A stretch of 64,000 bases of DNA. Source: Balanoglossus misakiensis. Lineage: Eukaryota > Animalia > Hemichordata. The stretch covers positions 124,001-188,000 of the forward strand of contig JBECUI020000030.1 in the NCBI GenBank assembly GCA_040954595.2. The letters are read 5' to 3'. Under the pieces are notes generated by a model. It made no database searches. It saw only the letters and a program-made list of their open reading frames with translations, and was not told the DNA's origin. Each line of letters begins with the position of its first letter. Within the stretch, counting starts at the first letter, position 1. The position numbers and the translations under genes are program-made. This document shows positions 62,168-64,000 of the stretch, one piece after another.

Positions 62168-62875
62168 AAACTTCAAGCAAAGGGGCAGATTTTGTGGTAG
62201 TTATTGATACCGCCCCTTGAAGGGTGGGGGTTGTGGATGGGGGCTTATACATAAATTTTAAGTATAATTTTAAGTAAAAAATTATCAGAAGAAACCACCC
62301 TACAAGATCAATTCCTTCGCTCAAACCTCAAGCAAACTGCCACTTTTTGTGGTAGTTATTGATACCGCCCCTTGAAGGGTGGGGGCTGTGGATGGCGGAG
62401 CTCATACAAAAAAAACTACTTAACATTTGTGTAGTAGTTTAACAGGGGTACACGGAGATTCTTGTGTGCCGGCCGGGCAAAGGTTCAAGCAAACAGCCAC
62501 TTTTTGTGGTAATTATTGATACCACCCCTGATGGGTGGGGGTTGTGGATGGCGGGGCTTATACATAAATTTTAAGTATAATTTTAAGTAAAAAATTATCA
62601 GAAGAAAGCACCCTACAAGATCAATCCCTTCGCACAAACTTCAAGCAAAGGCACGGATTTCGCAGTAATTCTTAATACCGCCCCTGATGGGTGGGGGTTG
62701 TGGATGGCGGAGTTCATACATAAATTTTAAGTATAATTTTAAGTAAAAATTATCAGAAGAAAGCACCCTACAAGATCAATTCCCACGCTCAAACTTCAAG
62801 CAAAGGCACGGATTTCGCAGTAATTCTTAATACCGCCCCTGATTAAGTGGGGTTGTGGATGGCGGGGCTTATACA
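62168..62875. repeat. Non-coding tandem array, about 4.5 units of 155-157 bp
   Basis: Units start at 62168, 62323, 62479, 62636, 62791; shared core TCAAGCAAA...ATACCGCCCC...GGGGTTGTGGATGGCGG..ATACA. Confidence 0.95.
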
Positions 62876-62938
62876 AAAAAAGTAGATGAAATAATAAATG
62901 GAAACCCATCACAAAACTTCACCTACTCCTTCTACATA

Positions 62939-62970
62939 CAAAGCAAACCCCTCTCCTTGGTGGAAAGGGG
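62939..62970 (-). terminator. Putative intrinsic terminator of the GLUG-motif gene
   Basis: Minus strand CCCCTTTCC-accaa-GGAGAGGGG followed by TTTGCTTT, about 20 nt after the stop codon. Confidence 0.5.
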
Positions 62971-62988
62971 CTAGAGCATATTTTGTAC

Positions 62989-64000
62989 TTATTCTTCCTT
63001 ATACTCGGGCTGATCACCAAAGTAGCGTTTGTCATCCGTATCCCAAAGGTTCGGTGCTTTGCCGTTCCCCAACCAGACCCAGTCTCCCAAATGCTCATCT
63101 GTTCCTCCTGTGCTCTGATGAATGGTAAACCCATTTGTATTCGTAAAGAGTTGTGTACCGGCAGTTGTGGTGGTAGAATCGCCATCGTCGTCCCAGTAGG
63201 TATACGGATCGTCGGTTGTGCCCAACCCTCGTCTTTCAAGATTTCTCTCACTGCTGAGTGGTCCATATTCTGCATCTACCAAAGCTCTATCCACCGTTTT
63301 GAAGGCTCGATTAGCAGCTAATCCAGTAGTTGCGGTACTAAAATAGCCGTATGCTTCTTGATTGTATGCATACCATACTCCACCTGCTAACCCTGCGATA
63401 TTTCCTCGCGCAGCCCCTGTTCTTGTAATAAAGGAAAGACCTGTCAGTACTTTAGAAGCCTCAAGGGTTCCGGCTAATCCACCACCGGAGTTATGATGTT
63501 GTAAGTCTATCGTGGCAGTGCTATATCCAGTAATATTCGAGCCCGACCAACCCGCACCTACTAGTCCCCCGAGGTTATAGACCCCGCTCACTGTTCCTCG
63601 TGAATAGCCGTAGGTGTTCCCGTGTGTACCTCCTACTAGTCCTCCTACATGGTGAGAACCAGTAATATTTCCAAGCGAGTAGCCAATAGTACGAGAATTA
63701 TTTACGTATCCTACAAGCCCTCCTACATCATCTCCTCCATAGACATCTCCGCTTGTCCACCCCTCAATATTCGCATTTATGGACCAACCAACAAGTCCGC
63801 CAACGATATTATTTGATCCACTCACATTTCCGCCATTTTCTCCCCTGTACAAACTCATGCCATTACTGTATCCCATTATGCCCCCGGCATAGGCGCCAGT
63901 GCTATTGCTCACCAAAGTTGCTGAACCGGTTGTGCTTACAACGTTTTGCGGTTTCGTTACCCGAATATGAATGGATTCTACGGTCCCACTTCTTCCTTCC
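62989..64000 (-). CDS. GLUG-motif repeat protein, 3' part (frame open to the window edge)
   Basis: Repeated (V/A/L)GGL(V/A)G motifs: AGGIMG, VGGLVG x3, LGGLVG, GGLAG. Confidence 0.82.
   Translation of the reverse strand, partial: EGRSGTVESIHIRVTKPQNVVSTTGSATLVSNSTGAYAGGIMGYSNGMSLYRGENGGNVSGSNNIVGGLVGWSINANIEGWTSGDVYGGDDVGGLVGYVNNSRTIGYSLGNITGSHHVGGLVGGTHGNTYGYSRGTVSGVYNLGGLVGAGWSGSNITGYSTATIDLQHHNSGGGLAGTLEASKVLTGLSFITRTGAARGNIAGLAGGVWYAYNQEAYGYFSTATTGLAANRAFKTVDRALVDAEYGPLSSERNLERRGLGTTDDPYTYWDDDGDSTTTTAGTQLFTNTNGFTIHQSTGGTDEHLGDWVWLGNGKAPNLWDTDDKRYFGDQPEYKEE

Noticed and set aside
62168-62875. CRISPR array
   Set aside because: The conserved block is ~85 bp and degenerate, three of four intervening blocks are the same, and no cas genes are in the window.
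62168-62875. Protein-coding tandem repeat or integron attC array
   Set aside because: Unit lengths are not consistently multiples of three, there are no ORFs between units, and no attC core-site pairs or integrase were seen.
62898-63321. ORFs 62898-63128, 62919-63275 and 62983-63321
   Set aside because: Alternative-frame or antisense overlaps of the GLUG-motif gene.

Overview
A 64 kb, gene-dense, mostly housekeeping chromosomal segment, most likely from a spirochaete. The L34 sequence ending TVSDEKKPY, the rpmH-rnpA-yidC-jag block and the TPR/SH3 lipoprotein cluster support this. It carries glycosyltransferases with ugd, tRNA-Leu(GAG), a five-gene NqrBCDEF-like operon with no nqrA/rnfC, aroK-aroC, ferritin, icd, xth and a long RarA. 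It also has a sugar-acid catabolic cluster (eda, kdgK, Ldh_2, Zn-dehydrogenase, TRAP transporter, uxuA, SDR), central-metabolism genes (galE, pfk, serC, pgi, fumC, two mdh-like genes, thiolase with CoA-transferase), tRNA-Ser-ffs-dnaX-ybaB-recR, a tandem-duplicated DASS transporter, murA, pspA, ctpA and the 3' end of a GLUG-motif protein. The most unusual elements are: a non-coding mosaic array of ~156-bp hairpin-forming units (62168-62875); a heavily frameshifted CcrM/M.HinfI-like methyltransferase plus HNH nuclease island bounded by a duplication of the fumC promoter and start; a catalytically degenerate MDH paralog coupled to mdh; a DnaX lacking its zinc-module cysteines; and many apparently leaderless promoters. 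All assignments come from reading the sequence by eye; no database searches were run.
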